A DNA stretch of 64,000 nt from the NCBI GenBank assembly GCA_017499595.2, contig CM039000.1, forward strand, positions 1,054,001-1,118,000, given 5' to 3'. The position numbers were made by a program, and so were the translations under genes. The stretch comes from Psilocybe cubensis (taxonomy: Eukaryota). Below the pieces are notes generated by a model. It ran no database searches. It was not told the origin of the DNA and was given only the letters and a program-made list of their open reading frames with translations. Positions 1-13,972 of this stretch are shown here, piece by piece. Positions within the stretch are counted from its first letter, which is position 1, and every line of letters starts with the position of its first letter.

Positions 1-758
1 TTGATTTCCGGTGAGTAGCTCCTACGCTCACTTCGTCTGATAGAACAAGGTACTGATCTCGATACGTGGACTTGAATTGAAAAGGCTACAGCGGTTCGAT
101 GGTCACCAACCCGAATGGAGAGGCTGTCATGCAAGGCCGAGACGAGCCCGCTACACTACCGCGCGTATCCCAGCTCATCGTTATCTCGCGACACTCCCCT
201 TGGTGCACGATAGTGAAAAAGGAGACGGGGGTGACAATCGGCGATCTGTGTTCGGCTCTGTTCAAAGAGTGCGTACTCATCCGCTTTGCCCTCTGCCCTG
301 TCTCTGCTTCCGTTGAGCTTCCGTATTGACACATGCATACCATATGATTGGGTATTAGGTACACAGAGAACTATGTCACCGATGCTGAGCTCTCTACTGT
401 CCCAGCGAGAGTGCAAGACCACATGAAGCGCACAGCAGCCAACAACTTCGTATCCGCACAGTCCAACCAGGTTCCCGCGGGCTGGGGATACAGCTACCCG
501 CCAGCCAACCTCCCCGACAAAATCAGGCGTGTAGGTGCGTGACCATTTTTTTCGAATTCGCATCGCGCGCGATTTATCGTGCAGGCATGCGTATGTTTGG
601 CATGGATGACTGATTGATGATATCCTGGTGCTTTCATTACTGTAGATTGGCTGCGCGAGCGAGTTTATGTGGATCGATTTGATAGGGACGATGGTTACGC
701 GCGATCGCGGCTTGGGTTTAAAGCACCTAACGTCCTCGTCATGGATCTAACTGGTTGA
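1..758 (+). CDS. DUF6699-like fungal protein, 3' part (starts upstream of the window), spliced
   Basis: Exons encode GRDEPATLPRVSQLIVIS...GVTIGDL and ...IRRV|DWLRERVYVDRF...MDLTG* (TGA 756-758). GT..AG introns. Shares the GRDEPATxPRVxQL motif with the neighbouring gene. Confidence 0.65.
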
Positions 759-1571
759 ATTCATCTATGTCGCCATATTCGTTATATATCTTTCTTTGGT
801 CTTCGTGGATACCTCTCACAGCGCATACCTCCCGGTACCCCATCTTCTTTTTTTTCTTCCTCGCTTGCCACTGTAATTACCATTTCTTGTATACATATTG
901 TTGTCTCGATATCAAAATTGCGGAATGTAAAATAAAAGAAAAAAAATGTTATTGAATCTGAAAGGGGATTGAAAATGGATGCATCGGGTCATAGGCTATG
1001 TAAGCAAAGCTTTTGGGAGAAAATGTCAGATATCGATAAAGTATGATAATCTGAAGCGGGGGTCATAAAGTTTGCATGAGAAGTGAGAGAAAATGAAATG
1101 ACGAGGAAGTCTTTAGGTATACATACGTCGTATGGCATAAGATATGAACCCAAAAGCAGAAAAAACGAAAAATAGAAAACGAGAAAGAAAACCTGACAAC
1201 ACATTTAAAGAGACAGAAAAGAAGATAAAAGGAAACGATGAACTGAGAGAAGAAAAGCAAGAAGTGGAAGTGAGATGGAGAACGGAAAAAATGGGAATGG
1301 TGGTTACAGTCACTGAAACGTGATAGTAGGATACAATACAGGGAGACGATATCTGTGCTGAGAGTACAGTGCGATAACAGTGCGAGTTGGGAGGGAATAT
1401 TGAGGAGGGATATGCAAGTGGCCTACAGTCCGTGGAGATCAAGGCTGAAAATGTTGCGATAGAAGAGCCGGAGTAGGATGCTGTTGCGAAGATAGAAGGG
1501 GAAAAACATAAACACGTAAAAATGAAAAAGGTGCAAAGGAGAAATGATCAAGGGCGGAGGGCAGAGGAGGA

Positions 1572-3178
1572 TCAACGATCATAGTCCGCAGAGTCGGTAT
1601 CAGAGCCACCCGTCGAGCTGGGCGATTCCACAGTGATACGTGCGTTCACCGAGCCAGCTCTAGATCGATGACCGTGCGAGCTCGCCGACTTCTGACGCGC
1701 CTCCTGGTCCCTCCGTTCCTTCTCCGTCATCGGGTACGAGGGCGACGTGCGCATCACCACGAAGCACGGGAGCGCCATGCCATGCATCCGCCGCACCACC
1801 CGGTCGTTCAGCTCGATCCCAGCGAACATCGTGCTCCGCCCGAGATAGTCTAGGCGCTTCATTCCCGCCCCCAGCTTGCCCCCCGGCACGTCCTGGTGGC
1901 GCTGCCTGTTGTACTCGTATGCGAACTTAAGGTCGCGTTTGGCCTGTGAAGATAGAAGCCTGTAGTCGGCTTCGGAAGCGAGGCGTCCGAGGCTGCGGCC
2001 TATTGCGTCGATGAGCTCTCCGCACGTCAGCCCACGGGCTTTCTCCGTCGCGCGCGCCTCTATGATCCATGGTAGGCTCTCCGTGACGATGCTCAATTGT
2101 GTAACACGTGGGAATGTCGCGGGCTCGTCTCTGCCTTTTGACCACGAGATATGAGATGGATCCGATGAGCGTTGTACGTCTGAAGTCGGGAAAAGCATGT
2201 TCCAGTTGAGGTGTACTTGATCAGATCCGTCTTCAGGCAGAGGCATCAGCAATGGGTTGATGCGTAACTGAACCCCAAGGATGTGAATCAAGCTAGGGTC
2301 GAGCACAGGACCATCTGAAGAAAAGAAAAAACATTAGTGGTTGCGGTCTCATGTAGTGGTGTTCGCTTTGGCTTACAATGAGGTCCTATAGCAAAGGGGG
2401 ACACTTGATCAGTTCTTTGATTTTCCGGAGCTACTCGTTGTGGGGGAGGAGGTGCATTGATGTGCGGAGGCGGGCCAAATCCTTGTTGTACCCAATCTGG
2501 AGGACATTGTGCACCGAAATAGCCGTGATGTGGTGGTCCCATTGGCGGGTGCATCTGCGGGTGCATTCCCATTCCTTGCATCCCCCAAGCTGGAGGTGCA
2601 CCACCGTGACCTCCAGGCAACTGTCCAGGAGGTGGGTATGCAGGTGTAAATGGTGAATAGGGTGAGTATCCTCCATGTCCTGGCGGTGGCACAGGTGGCG
2701 GTATGCCTCTCGGATTAGATGACCACTGTGATGGCAAGGGGGTAGAAGGGTTCCATGGTGTGTTGAAATTAGGATACGCCGCTGGCGCGCTGGCAGGAGT
2801 CTGCGGATGCCAGGGTGACATAGGGTTTCCGTAGCCAAGCATTGGCGTTGAGGGAAGGCCTTGAGCTTGTGCAGTCCAAGGGTCAACACCGTTGGGATAT
2901 CCAACAAAATCTGCAGAGACACCTTGTCTCGGTGGGAGACCCCTTGGTTGAGCCCCTCCAGGAATGACCGATGGAATCACACCTGGTGTTCCCATGGGCG
3001 ATATATTTGCAGGCGGGACGAAAGGGGTAGTGGCATACGGTGAGTGCAGATATGCATGCGCAGGATTAGGGCTGTGCCTGTTTGAAGGAAGATTTGGGAC
3101 AACAGGCGCTGGGGACCCGTCTGGGGATCCGAGAGGTGGAATGAAGGGCGTGTTGGGAGTTCGTGAGCGGTTTGACAT
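1572..3178 (-). CDS. Proline-rich N-terminus plus DUF6699-like C-terminal domain protein
   Basis: ORFs 2288-3178 and 1572-2306 join through intron ~2315-2376 to give GPHYGPVLDP. Motifs LNWNMLFP, GRDEPATFPRVTQL, GLTCGELIDAI, GMKRLDYLG. Confidence 0.7.
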
Positions 3179-4238
3179 CGTAATTGATTGTTCCGGGGTA
3201 TAGTATTACGGTTCCAGGGTTGTAGTCCTGCTGTGCAGCGTATTGCGTCAGCAATTGATAGAAAATGAATTGGGGAATCTTCTGCAGAAGGACCTTTAGA
3301 ATAGGTGTCGCTTACACGAAATGACTCACAAGTCTAGCGGATTGAGGGCGAAGAAGCACAAAACGGATATGAATGAAAAGCGTGCTGTGTCGAACGGCGG
3401 AAGCAGAGGTATACAAGATGAGTTTTTCGATAACTGTAACTGATTAAAGCTTTTAGTTGGTCTAGTACCCAGATTGCCAATGATTTCGCACCAAGAGGCT
3501 TAACAATATCTCAAGAACGAAGAACTCATGGTAGATTGGCCGTAAACGTTCGTGAAGTAGATTTCGTGCCAGGAGCTTTCCTCGACCTGATCGAAGAGGT
3601 TAGATTGTTCTATTGAAGTAGTAGTTGTCTCCTAGACTCACCGGTGCAGCTGTGGCAGTCCGATCTAAAAAACGGAAGGCTTGGGAAGTTGTGGTTGTAA
3701 GCACTAAGCTTTGCGATGGTTCACCGAATCCCGATCGCGTTCATTGATTCCACGTGACTTCTCGGACCGCATTGCGATGACAAGCAGTGCACAGAGTCTC
3801 TTTTCCAAGCGCTCGTTGATATCCGTTTACCTCATGGGCAACATGCTTCATGATTTTGCCCTAACCCTGTCGACTTTTCTGATGCCATATTGATGATAGG
3901 TATTCCTGCATACTATAAAAACGATTCCTCCAAGGGAGGACTCGTAATCAATTCAAAGTAGTACTATTTTAAAGTGATGCTACTATCACGATCAGGGAGA
4001 TTTAAATATTTGAACAAAGTTGTAAATTACAGAACGTACACTCACCCTACTGGCGTCAAACCTTGCACAATACTAGTACAGGATATACACTCCTTTCTTT
4101 TCAAAATTTAAGCCCATAGTGCAAACGGTTGAGGAACAAGAGCATTTCCGCGGCAGCAAGGACCCAAAATCGTAGAGATTCAAATTTTTCGTCACAGTTA
4201 GTCACGGTGCCGATTTCAAGCTCAGACGGTACACTTAC

Positions 4239-4822
4239 TAGTGTTGCCGCCAGAGCGCAGTCACTCTGCAGTGACTGTGACTGCACTCTGTTTTTTCATT
4301 CTCCGACACACTTCACAGCGCAACAAAGTCGCAGTGAAGTGCTCTACAAAGTGTGCCGTAAATTGCAGTTTCGGTTAATCTAGACTAAATATGGAAGTAT
4401 TACATGTATTTTTGTCGAATACATGAGAATGTTCGGGATATGGAGGATATTTACTGCACATGACCTTTATCTATCTAGATAAGATTGCAATAAAATATTC
4501 AACAGCGCACGTGGTCCAGCTCCTTTGATCTTGACGTCGACGCACATTTCTGCTTGGTTTTCGCTGGTTTTGCTGCGAAAAGTCAAACAAATTGCTACAT
4601 TGAGGTCTCTTGTACTATTAGTACACTGAATGAGCAAATACACATAGACAAAATGACTTGCAAAGCGTCATCCTTTCGTCGACCATTTTATGAGGTCGAG
4701 ACGGTGAATGACGTCACAAACACTTCACAGCACTTCACAGGGACTGTGATCACTGTGAAGCGTGTCACAGTCGCCCAAAAATGGCTTCACTGTCACTGCA
4801 CTGCACTCTGGCGGCAACACTA
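4239..4822. mobile_element. Non-autonomous hAT-type MITE (584 bp)
   Basis: TIRs TAGTGTTGCCGCCAGAG(C/T)GCAGT (22/23 match). Perfect 8-bp TSD ACACTTAC at 4231-4238 and 4823-4830. Confidence 0.9.
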
Positions 4823-6114
4823 ACACTTACCGACTTGAGACGCGACACGTTTCAGACGGAGTTTAAACACATCAATGTGACTTTGCAAGATGTCACTATT
4901 TCCATCGTTTGGCATCTGGAAAATCAAAGAAGTGGATTTACGGAATGAGACTTTGCAGACAGTGATCTTATACTGTAATTAATATGTGTACCAATTTCTG
5001 TGCTGATAGCATAAGTGGACAAAACAGAAATTGGCATTTGATGCCATGTTAACTTGATGGATGGCTGAAGATCATCAAATTTAACACGTTTCCAAGCATT
5101 ATTCTCATAATATTTTTGCATATTAATATACCTACGTACAATCTACACTTAAATGTGCAAAAATACTTGGGAAGAACGTAGTGTCAGGAGGCAAGAAACG
5201 GGAATTTGAATCTCTAGGTCAGTTTGAATTCCGATGATCACGTTAGTATTCCTGCTAATCTCCTTTGAATTTCCTCGGCAATGTATTATGCATTGGGAAA
5301 GCATGAAAGATTCACAATTGGCTTCACTCACGATTCACGTTTCTGATTCAGCAGAACAGCAAAGTTGGTTTTCTGCATGCAATTTTCAACTTACATGGCA
5401 TGCATAGTGATGCATAGTCCTTTTCATTTGATTGAAGGATTGAATATGTTATATTTGCTGCTGAGACCAGTATATTTTCTGTATTTACTTAATTTCCGTG
5501 TTCCGAAAGCACAAAGAGAAGGGAGGATTCTGATCAATTCAATGTTTTCAACACATATAGTAGAAGCATCCTTAAGAGGCTTTCCAATTGCTTCAGAAAC
5601 TACAGATTCTAAGAGGAACAAATTGTTTAAGACTCAATTCATAGAGGCGGAATCGCGATTCTGCGTCGATTCAGCGATTCCGATTCTGAGGTGATTCAAC
5701 GTCTTCCCACGCTTCTGAAGACCGGAATCGTCTCTGAATCGTACACTCTGACCTCCCCTATTGTCTGCCATAAAAGTTGAAATTCACAAAACCCAGTTTG
5801 GTTTTTGCTTTACTAGTACGAAACCGGAATATGATATCTATTTTCCAGGATTCAGAGTAATCAAACCTTTTTTGTAACGTGAATGGCCATTAAAATCGAA
5901 ATTCAAGACTTCAAGCCACAGAGTCCCGAGATCAGATATTTCGACATTAATGAATTCCTTCTAATGACTAAAGTAGGAAGTTGTGGCGCACCAGTAACGC
6001 CTGACATACAATGACCAGTGTCTATAAAATTGACACGGAATCTGTTTCTGAGCATACATGATAATTATAAAGAGCAAATATCACGCCAGTACCAAGGCCA
6101 GTGACTGGTTAAAA

Positions 6115-8913
6115 TCAAGTTTGTACTGGGTTTTCAAGTTTGACCTCTTTTCGTGGGGGCCACGCATAGAACTGCTTTTGAACCGAGTTCGAGTCAATCC
6201 TCACCGCAATATTATCTTTAACAGATGACTTGTCGATGCCATGCCTACACCAAAACATACTACTAAGTGACCCATACACAAACAAGCCGATAGTACGCAC
6301 TCTTTTAGAAGATGGCTTCTGAGGGTGACGGTATTGCCATGCTTGCAACATTGAGCACAAGCCAAACCTGTGTAGTCGGCCGCTGCACGTGTGCGCTCTT
6401 CTTCTTCGTTCAATCTGGCTCTGATCGTCTCTGCGTCTTCGCCTTTTAGAATTGAAATCCGCATACGACGTGCCAGAGTGGCGTATTTGTGCTCATTGTT
6501 GAAATGCCGAGACTATCCAATCAGGCATCAGCAAAGAAAGAAATAAAGAAAAAGAAAAAACACATACAGCCACCTGCCACCGCATAACCATCCTCCCTTT
6601 CTCCAATGCATTGCATGTCAAACACTCAACAATCGGATCCAATTCATCCATCTTCTCCTTCGTTGTCGTCTTTGGATCCAACCCACAAAGCTTTATAACA
6701 CTCTTTAACGCCACCGCAGCAGATGTATCGAACTCAATAATTTGGGATTGATTCCACGGCACAACACCTGTCACTTGCCGGAGAATTTTCATGTCGTCAT
6801 CCTCAACCGGCCGCTGATAGTGCCACTTCAATGCGTGGTGGTGCGCGAGCACACGCGGGTAGCGCATCAGACCCGCCTCTTGCCGGTTGCCCGATTCGCA
6901 GTCTGGGCACCGGAAAGTTGTTGTTGCGAGCTCGAGGACTATCGCTGGGTCCGCGGCGAATTCACCACCTGTTGTGGCAACCATACGCCTCAGTTTCTCT
7001 GTCATTAGCTTCACGATCTCCTGGGCAATTGCTGGCAGCCGTTCGAGGAGCGGGGCGAAGTCGGCGGCGCTTGTGATGCTCGGAGTGTTGATGACGAAGT
7101 CCCGGACGTCTTTGTGCGCGAAGAAGTCGCTTACCGCTGGGGAAACTTCGTTTGGCGGCGCCGTAGCAGTGTAGGCTTTAATAACGTTATTTAGATATGG
7201 GATTCGAGCTTTGAGCAGCTCCTCTCGCATTCGGAGACGCATATCCTCCCTATACTTTTCCATGAACGCTGCAAGCGCCGGGCTTTGGTTTTGGAAAACT
7301 GGGGTATAACATCCTGAGGTTAGCCAGCCCTATACGGTGTGCTTCATGTATAGGATTTGGATTGACTTACTTCGTTGTGTGATGTCTTTCTGGCAGATCT
7401 TCCGTATAAGAGGCTGTTGAGAGAACTCCCGCCTACGTTCCGGTTCGTTGGCAGTTCTGATGTCCTGGACTTCAGCCTGCCATCCTGTTGTTTCAAGGCG
7501 GTCAAGTATCCTTTGTTCACAAGATAAATCAGTGAACCAAACGCAAAACAGAACGAAACGGAAACATACGCATCTACACGCGCGTCAAAAGTATTCTTCT
7601 TCGTCTCTTTAACTACATCCAGACACTGCTGCTCCCATATTTCGCATGCTTTGGCGTGCTGCACCGTGCAAAGGTAAGTAATTTCGACATGGAGCTGAAT
7701 CGGGAAGCGTCCTCACCTCATTAATCACGGACCATTTTGCAACCATAGTCTTGACCCACGCCTTTATATCAACATTAGGAGAATAACGTTTTGAAGTCCA
7801 TCGATGGGCTGTTTCGTAACAGCTGTAGATACCACCTATGAAAAAAAAATAGTAAATATAAATATGTGAGCCACATATACACGCATAGAATACGAAGAGC
7901 GAAGCGGGAAGAATAAAGAACGAAGGACGTACTGTTGGATATAGTTATAGTAGGGAGAAATTTTAGCAGAGGCGCTATATCCTGGTGGTGTGAGTATCGT
8001 GGTTGTCCGTATAGGTACGCTGATTCGAAGCTACAGAATATTTAAAAAAATTGTTCAATAAAATGAATCGCGGAGTTAGATTTTGAGCACGCGCACTTCT
8101 TATTCAGGCATGTTGAGCACAAGCGCTTGCGCGCCGTCCAGACCGTATATAATTTCTTCGGTGCTGTCTTCCCGCATTTCTGTGTACATAGAGTTAGAGG
8201 AGTCACTGCTCACGATCCCACGCCAATGTAGAAACACGGGTATACGTACAAAACACTCCTTCCCAAACGCCAAATACGCGTACTGAGGCTCCGTCATATC
8301 ATCAGGACACTCTGGAAACCCAGGGAAATTCCTCCTTGCGGCTTTCCAGATGGATTTGCATTCGGGCGAATACAGAAATGCTTTGTTGGCTTTGTTCGAC
8401 AGTGCAATGTTCAGGAGGTCAAGGGGGCTTAGGTAGGAAAAGATCTGTTGTAGAGAGAGAGGAAAGTAAGTGGAAGTGGTGTGGAATTACAGAGTTGATG
8501 TGCGCGCGTACCTCATGTAGAATATCGAATGTCACCTCGGAGAGATTGCTCAGGTTCAAAATCAAGTGCTCCTCTTTTGCCTTTCCCTTTGCCTTTTTTC
8601 GAGGAGGTTTCTTCCCTGCCGCAGCACCAGCACTAGCAGCAGACTTTGACGACTTTGAAGACTTTGAGCCATCAGCACGCTTTCGCTTGCCGCGCGCACC
8701 CATGTGTGGTGCAAAGTCGTCGTTGTCCGAGTCGTCGTTGTCTGGCGCGGACTCGGAGAAGAAACTCGCGTCGTCGTCGTTCTCGGAGGTGGCATTGGGA
8801 TTGGAGTAGGTGGTTCCGGTTGTGGCCACGGCTCTGGACCCGCTGGGCGTCGCGATTCTCTGTGGTGCCCTTCGTCCGGACTCAGCACGGCCACTTGCAG
8901 TGCCTCGAGCCAT
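6115..8913 (-). CDS. F-box domain protein, paralogue 1 (multi-exon)
   Basis: ATG 8913. Basic/acidic N-terminus, then spliced F-box LSEVTFDILHE|IFSYLSPLDLLNIALSNK, then IWKAARRNFPGFPECPDDMTEPQYAYLAF. Cys-rich C-terminus (FRCPDC, VECLTC, ACAQC). Not every internal exon was checked. Confidence 0.8.
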
Positions 8914-9586
8914 AGTCACGATTCAATTGTAGCTTTGCCACGAAAGAATCTAGGTAGGGCTTTGCGAATAACGTGTCTGTATTATAACCTTCCGAAAGTT
9001 GTAGTTCGAGTCAGAGGTCCAGGTGCAAGTTCAAGGTCAAGTTGAATTCAAACAAGTAATAATTAGTGTACCTCAGACACCCTCGGTGGCTATTGTCGTT
9101 CCTGATGCCCATCAAATTTGTCAGTGCAAATATTTAAATGACAATCGCGTCGCGTTTTAAGCATCACGCGTATACCGACGCGCCACGTTACGAACCCCTA
9201 ATTCTGTCTTGATTTGAGCCGATACAAACAAACAATAGGTGTGGTAATGCCATGATGTTGGCAGAGGCCCAAATATCGTTCGCGTTGTGATTCCATAGTA
9301 CATATATTGTTTGCGTACGTACGTACAAAGCCGTATATGCACATTAATCTTACATCGGGGTAATCGAGTGAGCATTATCGCAATGTAAGTAGCTTTTAAA
9401 ATCAAATTTCAAGACACTAAATATGTCGGCATTAATGATTCCCTCTGATAGATGAGGCAGTACATTGCGCGCAAGTAAGCGCCAGACTCAATAACATGCC
9501 ACGGGAACATATACAAAACAACTATCGCGCAAAATAAAAGGCCAGAAACTATTACCCTTGCCATCATCTTCATGTTAACGTAATAA

Positions 9587-12407
9587 TCAATATTTTTTTG
9601 GTCTCACTACCAATTTTCCTTCATCAAGTTTGACCTCTTTTCGTGGGGGCCATGCACAGAATTGCTTTTGAACCGAGTTCGAGTCAATCCTCACCACAAT
9701 ATTATCTTTAACAGACGACTTGTCGAGACCATGCCTACACCAAAACACACCACTTAAGTGACCCACATTGCATACACACAAACAAGCCGATAGTACGCAC
9801 TCTTTGATAAGATGCCTTCTGAGGGTGGCGGTATTGCCATGCTTGAAACATTGAGCGCAAGCCAAACCTTCGTAGTCGGCCGCTGCACGCGTGAGCTCTT
9901 CTTCTTCGTTCAATCTGGCTCTGATCGTCTCTGCATCTTCACCTTTTAAAATTGCAATCCTCACAGCACCTGACAGATTAACGTATTTATGCTCCTTGTT
10001 GAAATGCCGAGGCTATACAATAAGGCATTAATAAAGAAAAAAAGGCAACAAAAAACACATACCACCACATCCCACCGCATAACCTTCCTCCCTTCCTCCA
10101 AGTTATTACATGTCAAACACTCAACAATCGGGTCTAACTCATCCATTCTCTCCTTCGTTGTCGTCTTCGGATCCAAGCCGCAGTGCTCTATCACACTCCT
10201 CATAATCACCGCAGCGTACATATCGAACTTAACAACCCCAGTTTGATTCCACGGCATAGCACCCGTCACTTCCCAGAGCACTTCAACGTCCTTCTCTTGA
10301 ATAGGCCGCCGACACTCTTCGTTCACTGCGTGGTGGTGCGCGAGCACACGCGGGTAGCGCATCAGGCTCGCCCTTTGTGCGTCCCCAAATTCGCAGTCCC
10401 TGCACTGGAAGATTGTTGTTGCGAGCTCGAGGACTACCGCAGGGTCCGCAGCGAAATCACCAGCTGTCATACCCACCATGGTCAACAATTTTTCTTTCAT
10501 GAGCTTCCTGAGCTCCTGGACGAGAGCTGGTAGCCGTTCAAAAAGCGGCGTAAAGTCGGCGGCGTTCGTGATGCTTGGAGTGTTGATGACAAAGTCCAGG
10601 ACTTCTTTATGTGTGAAGAAATTGCCTACCGTCGGGGTGACTTCGTTTGGCGGCACGGTTGCAGTGAAGGCTTTGACAGCATTGTTTAGATGTGGGATTC
10701 GGGCTACAAGTAGCTCCCTTCGCATTCGGAGATGCATTTGCGCCCTGTAGCTTTGCATGAGCGCTGCAAGAGCCGTGCTTTGGGTTTGGAAAACTGGCGT
10801 AAAACATCCCGAAGTCAGCGTGCCTGACAGAATGTACTTCGTACGTAGGTTTTGAATTGACTTACTTCGCTGTGTGAGGTCTTTTTGAAAAATCTTCTGG
10901 ATGAGGGGCTCATGACAGAACATCCGCCTACGTACTGGCCTGTTGACAGTTTTGATGTCCCGGACTTCAGCCTGCCAACCCGTTGCTTCAAGGCGGTCAA
11001 GTAATCTTGGTTCATAAAATAGATCAGTACGCCAAACATAAGACGGAACAAAATCGCAACATACGCATCAACACGCGCATCAAAGTTATTCTTCTTCATC
11101 TCGTCGACTTCATCCAGACACTGCTGCTCCCAAACCTCACAGGCTTTGGCATGCTGCACCGTTCAGAGGTAAGAAACTTCGACATTGAGTGCAGTCGGAC
11201 AGCATCCTCACCTCATTGATCACAGACCATTTTGCAACCATAGTCTTGACCCACGCCTTTTTACTAGCATTAGAAGAATTTGAACGCATTGAAACCCATC
11301 GGCGGGCTGTGTCGCGGCAGGTGTAGGCAATACCTATGAAAAATATAGCAAATATAAAAATGTGAGATGCCTATACACGTAGATAAAACGAAGCGAAAAA
11401 TGAAGGACGTACCGTTGGATAGAGTTACGGTAGGGAGAAATTTTAGCAGAGGTGCTATATCCGCGTGGTGTGAGTATCGTGGATGTCCGTATAGGCGCGC
11501 TGTTTCGAAGCTATAGAATAATTAAAGAAATATGTTAAATACAATGAATCGCGGAGTCGGATTTTGAGCACGCCTACTTCTGGTTCAGGCATGCTGAGCA
11601 GAAGCGCTTGCGCGCCGCCCAGACGGTATATGGTTTCTTCGGCGCTTTCTTCTCGCATATCTGTACATATAGAGTTAGAGTTAGAGGAGTTACTACTCAC
11701 AATCCCACGCCAATGTAGAAAAACGGGTACACATACAAAACACTCCTTCCCAAACGCCAAAAACGCGTACTGAAACTCCGTCATATCCTCAGGGCACTCC
11801 GGAAGTCCAGGGAAATTTCTCCTCGCGGCTTTCCAGATGGATTTGCAGTTGAGCGAATACAGAAATGCTTTGTTGGCTTTGTTCGACAGTGCGATATTCA
11901 GGAGGTCCAGGGGGCTTAGGTAGGAAAAGATCTATTGTAGGGAGAGGAATGTAAGTTGAAGTATTGTGGAAGTTTTGGCCTGATGATAGATGGCTGGAGG
12001 TGTGCACATACCTCGTGTAGAATATCGAACGTCACCTCCCAAAGATTGCTCAGGTTCAAAGTCAAGTGCTCCTCCTTCCCCGTTCCCTTTGCCTTTTTTC
12101 GAGGAGGTTTTTTCCCTGCTGAAGAACCAGTACTAGCAGCAGACTTCGACAATTTTGAAGACTTTGGGGTGTCACCGTCGCGCTTTCGCTTCCGCCTCGC
12201 ACCCGGCTGCTGTGCAAAATCGTCGTCCGAGTCGTCGTCGTCAGACGCAGAGGAGAAGGTTGCCTCTGGATCGTTGCTCTCCGAGGGTGCAATGGAGTTG
12301 GTGAGGTGTATTGTATCCTCGGTGGTGGAACCGCTGGAAGTCGCGTTTTTCTGCGCTGCCCTCTGCTGGGTCTTGCTACCGCGTTCGCTGGCAGCACGTC
12401 GTGTCAT
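9587..12407 (-). CDS. F-box domain protein, paralogue 2 (tandem duplicate)
   Basis: Same exon order and close similarity to 6115-8913: LWEVTFDILHE|IFSYL, MTEFQYAFLAFGKEC, GLDPKTTTKERMDELDPIVECLTC. Confidence 0.8.
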
Positions 12408-12780
12408 AGTTGCACTGCTTAGCGAGCAACGAGAGACGTATGTGTGCGTTAGTCTTCCAGTTGAAGTTTCCGAGATGAACGATAAAAGGGTGAAACAAAT
12501 CGGGAGTTCAACGATAAATCGATGAGGGCTAGTTCAAGTTCCCAAGTTCAACCTTCCAATTATTGGTCCCCCGGTGCCTATTGCGCTCGCCTGATGACAC
12601 ATCATAAATCACAATTAGTCGCGTCGCGTCGTGTCACGTATGCGAGATGCGAGACACGTTGTGTGACATCCCCATAATTTTGGCGCGTGGCAGTCGGACG
12701 AAGACGTCTTAACGCGTTCGTTGTTGTTTTCTCTCGTATTTCCTTTATCTTGGGTTGACGACTCTTTGATTTGATTACAG

Positions 12781-13380
12781 GGGTCCCGCCATTCCTTGTG
12801 GCAGGCCACGAGACGACGAGGTATACCCAACGTTTTGCTTATCAATTACGATACCGTTGCTAATCACCACGCAATAGTGTTTCCACCACAGGGGGCCTGT
12901 ATGCGCTGTTTTTGGACACAAGAGTTATCACCTTCGTGAAGCACTTTTCACCGTTGGAACAGACAATCTCACCATGGATGAATTAAACGCACTGACATAC
13001 CTCAATGCTGTTGTCAGGGAACCCCTTCGAGTCCATGCACCCGTAAGGAGTCTACATGTTCCCAGTCGCAGTGAAAGATGATGTTATCCCTCTTGGTAAA
13101 CCTGTCGAGATTCGAATGGTAATCTTTTGGACACAATACAGTAAGATTATTGTTTCCGACTTCTTATATATAGTGCCCATATAAGCGCATTTATCTGACC
13201 ACGTCGTTTAGAGTCTGCAAATGCCAGAGTGAACCGCAATAAAACAATATGGGGTACCAACGCAGCTGAATTCGAGTAAGTCGTATTGTACATTCCATGC
13301 GCATATAGCTAACCGCATCTGCTGCTAGACCCGAGAGCTGGAAACCTGATGCCGCTCATTCTCAAGCCAATCAGTCACTG
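12781..13380 (+). pseudogene. Cytochrome P450 3' remnant
   Basis: Retains the FLVAGHETT exon, VVREPLR (ExxR), IWG..A.EF and the terminal MPLILKP. The 5' exons and the heme-binding exon are missing, and indels are present. Confidence 0.85.
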
Positions 13381-13801
13381 TTGATTAAGATATTCAACCA
13401 ACAATGGCCATTTTTGCTGCCGGATGAACGCTTCCGGGCTCAGTTTGCCTCGCTGTTTGTGTCCTTCAAATCTCCTGCGGTAATGTTGTACCTCGTTGTA
13501 CCTCAAATCAGCATCATGCTAATGCCACTCGAATGTTAAACCCGACTTCCTGTGCACCACTTCTCTCCCTGATTTCATGAAAAGGCAGGTTGTCGACGCG
13601 ATGACGGTTTAGCCCAAATCTTCGCTTAGTGGCTGCCGTATTCAGGATCAGTTCTACCGATCTTCCGGGCAGCCGTGCCGCTTCAGCCTTACCCTTCAAC
13701 CCCAACCGCACCATCAAGAGGTCTAAAATAGTGGTGCTGCGAGAATGCATTAGGGCTTTAGAGCTTCGAATGCCGCCGCTTTTCGTGTAAGTTCAATATT
13801 A

Positions 13802-13838
13802 TGACGCGTTGGCATGCCGAAGCGGTCACTTTATATAT
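13802..13838 (+). promoter_or_regulatory. Conserved upstream motif and TATA-like box of P450 copy 1
   Basis: TGACGCGTTGGCATGCCGA (13802-13820) followed by TTATATAT. An identical 19-mer lies upstream of P450 copy 2. Confidence 0.5.
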
Positions 13839-13972
13839 TTCTCTGGTTCAAAGGCTGGTGTCTGCATAAACTACACAAGACAACTTTTCCCGTTCACTTT
13901 CTGTTATATCTGTGCTCATAACCGCGGACCACCGACCGTATCAGCGACTCTTGCACTTAGACTCCTCCCGGA

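Noticed and set aside
755-1560. Short hydrophobic or Phe-rich ORFs (similar ones at 22200-23700)
   Set aside because: Products of low-complexity 3' UTR and intergenic sequence.
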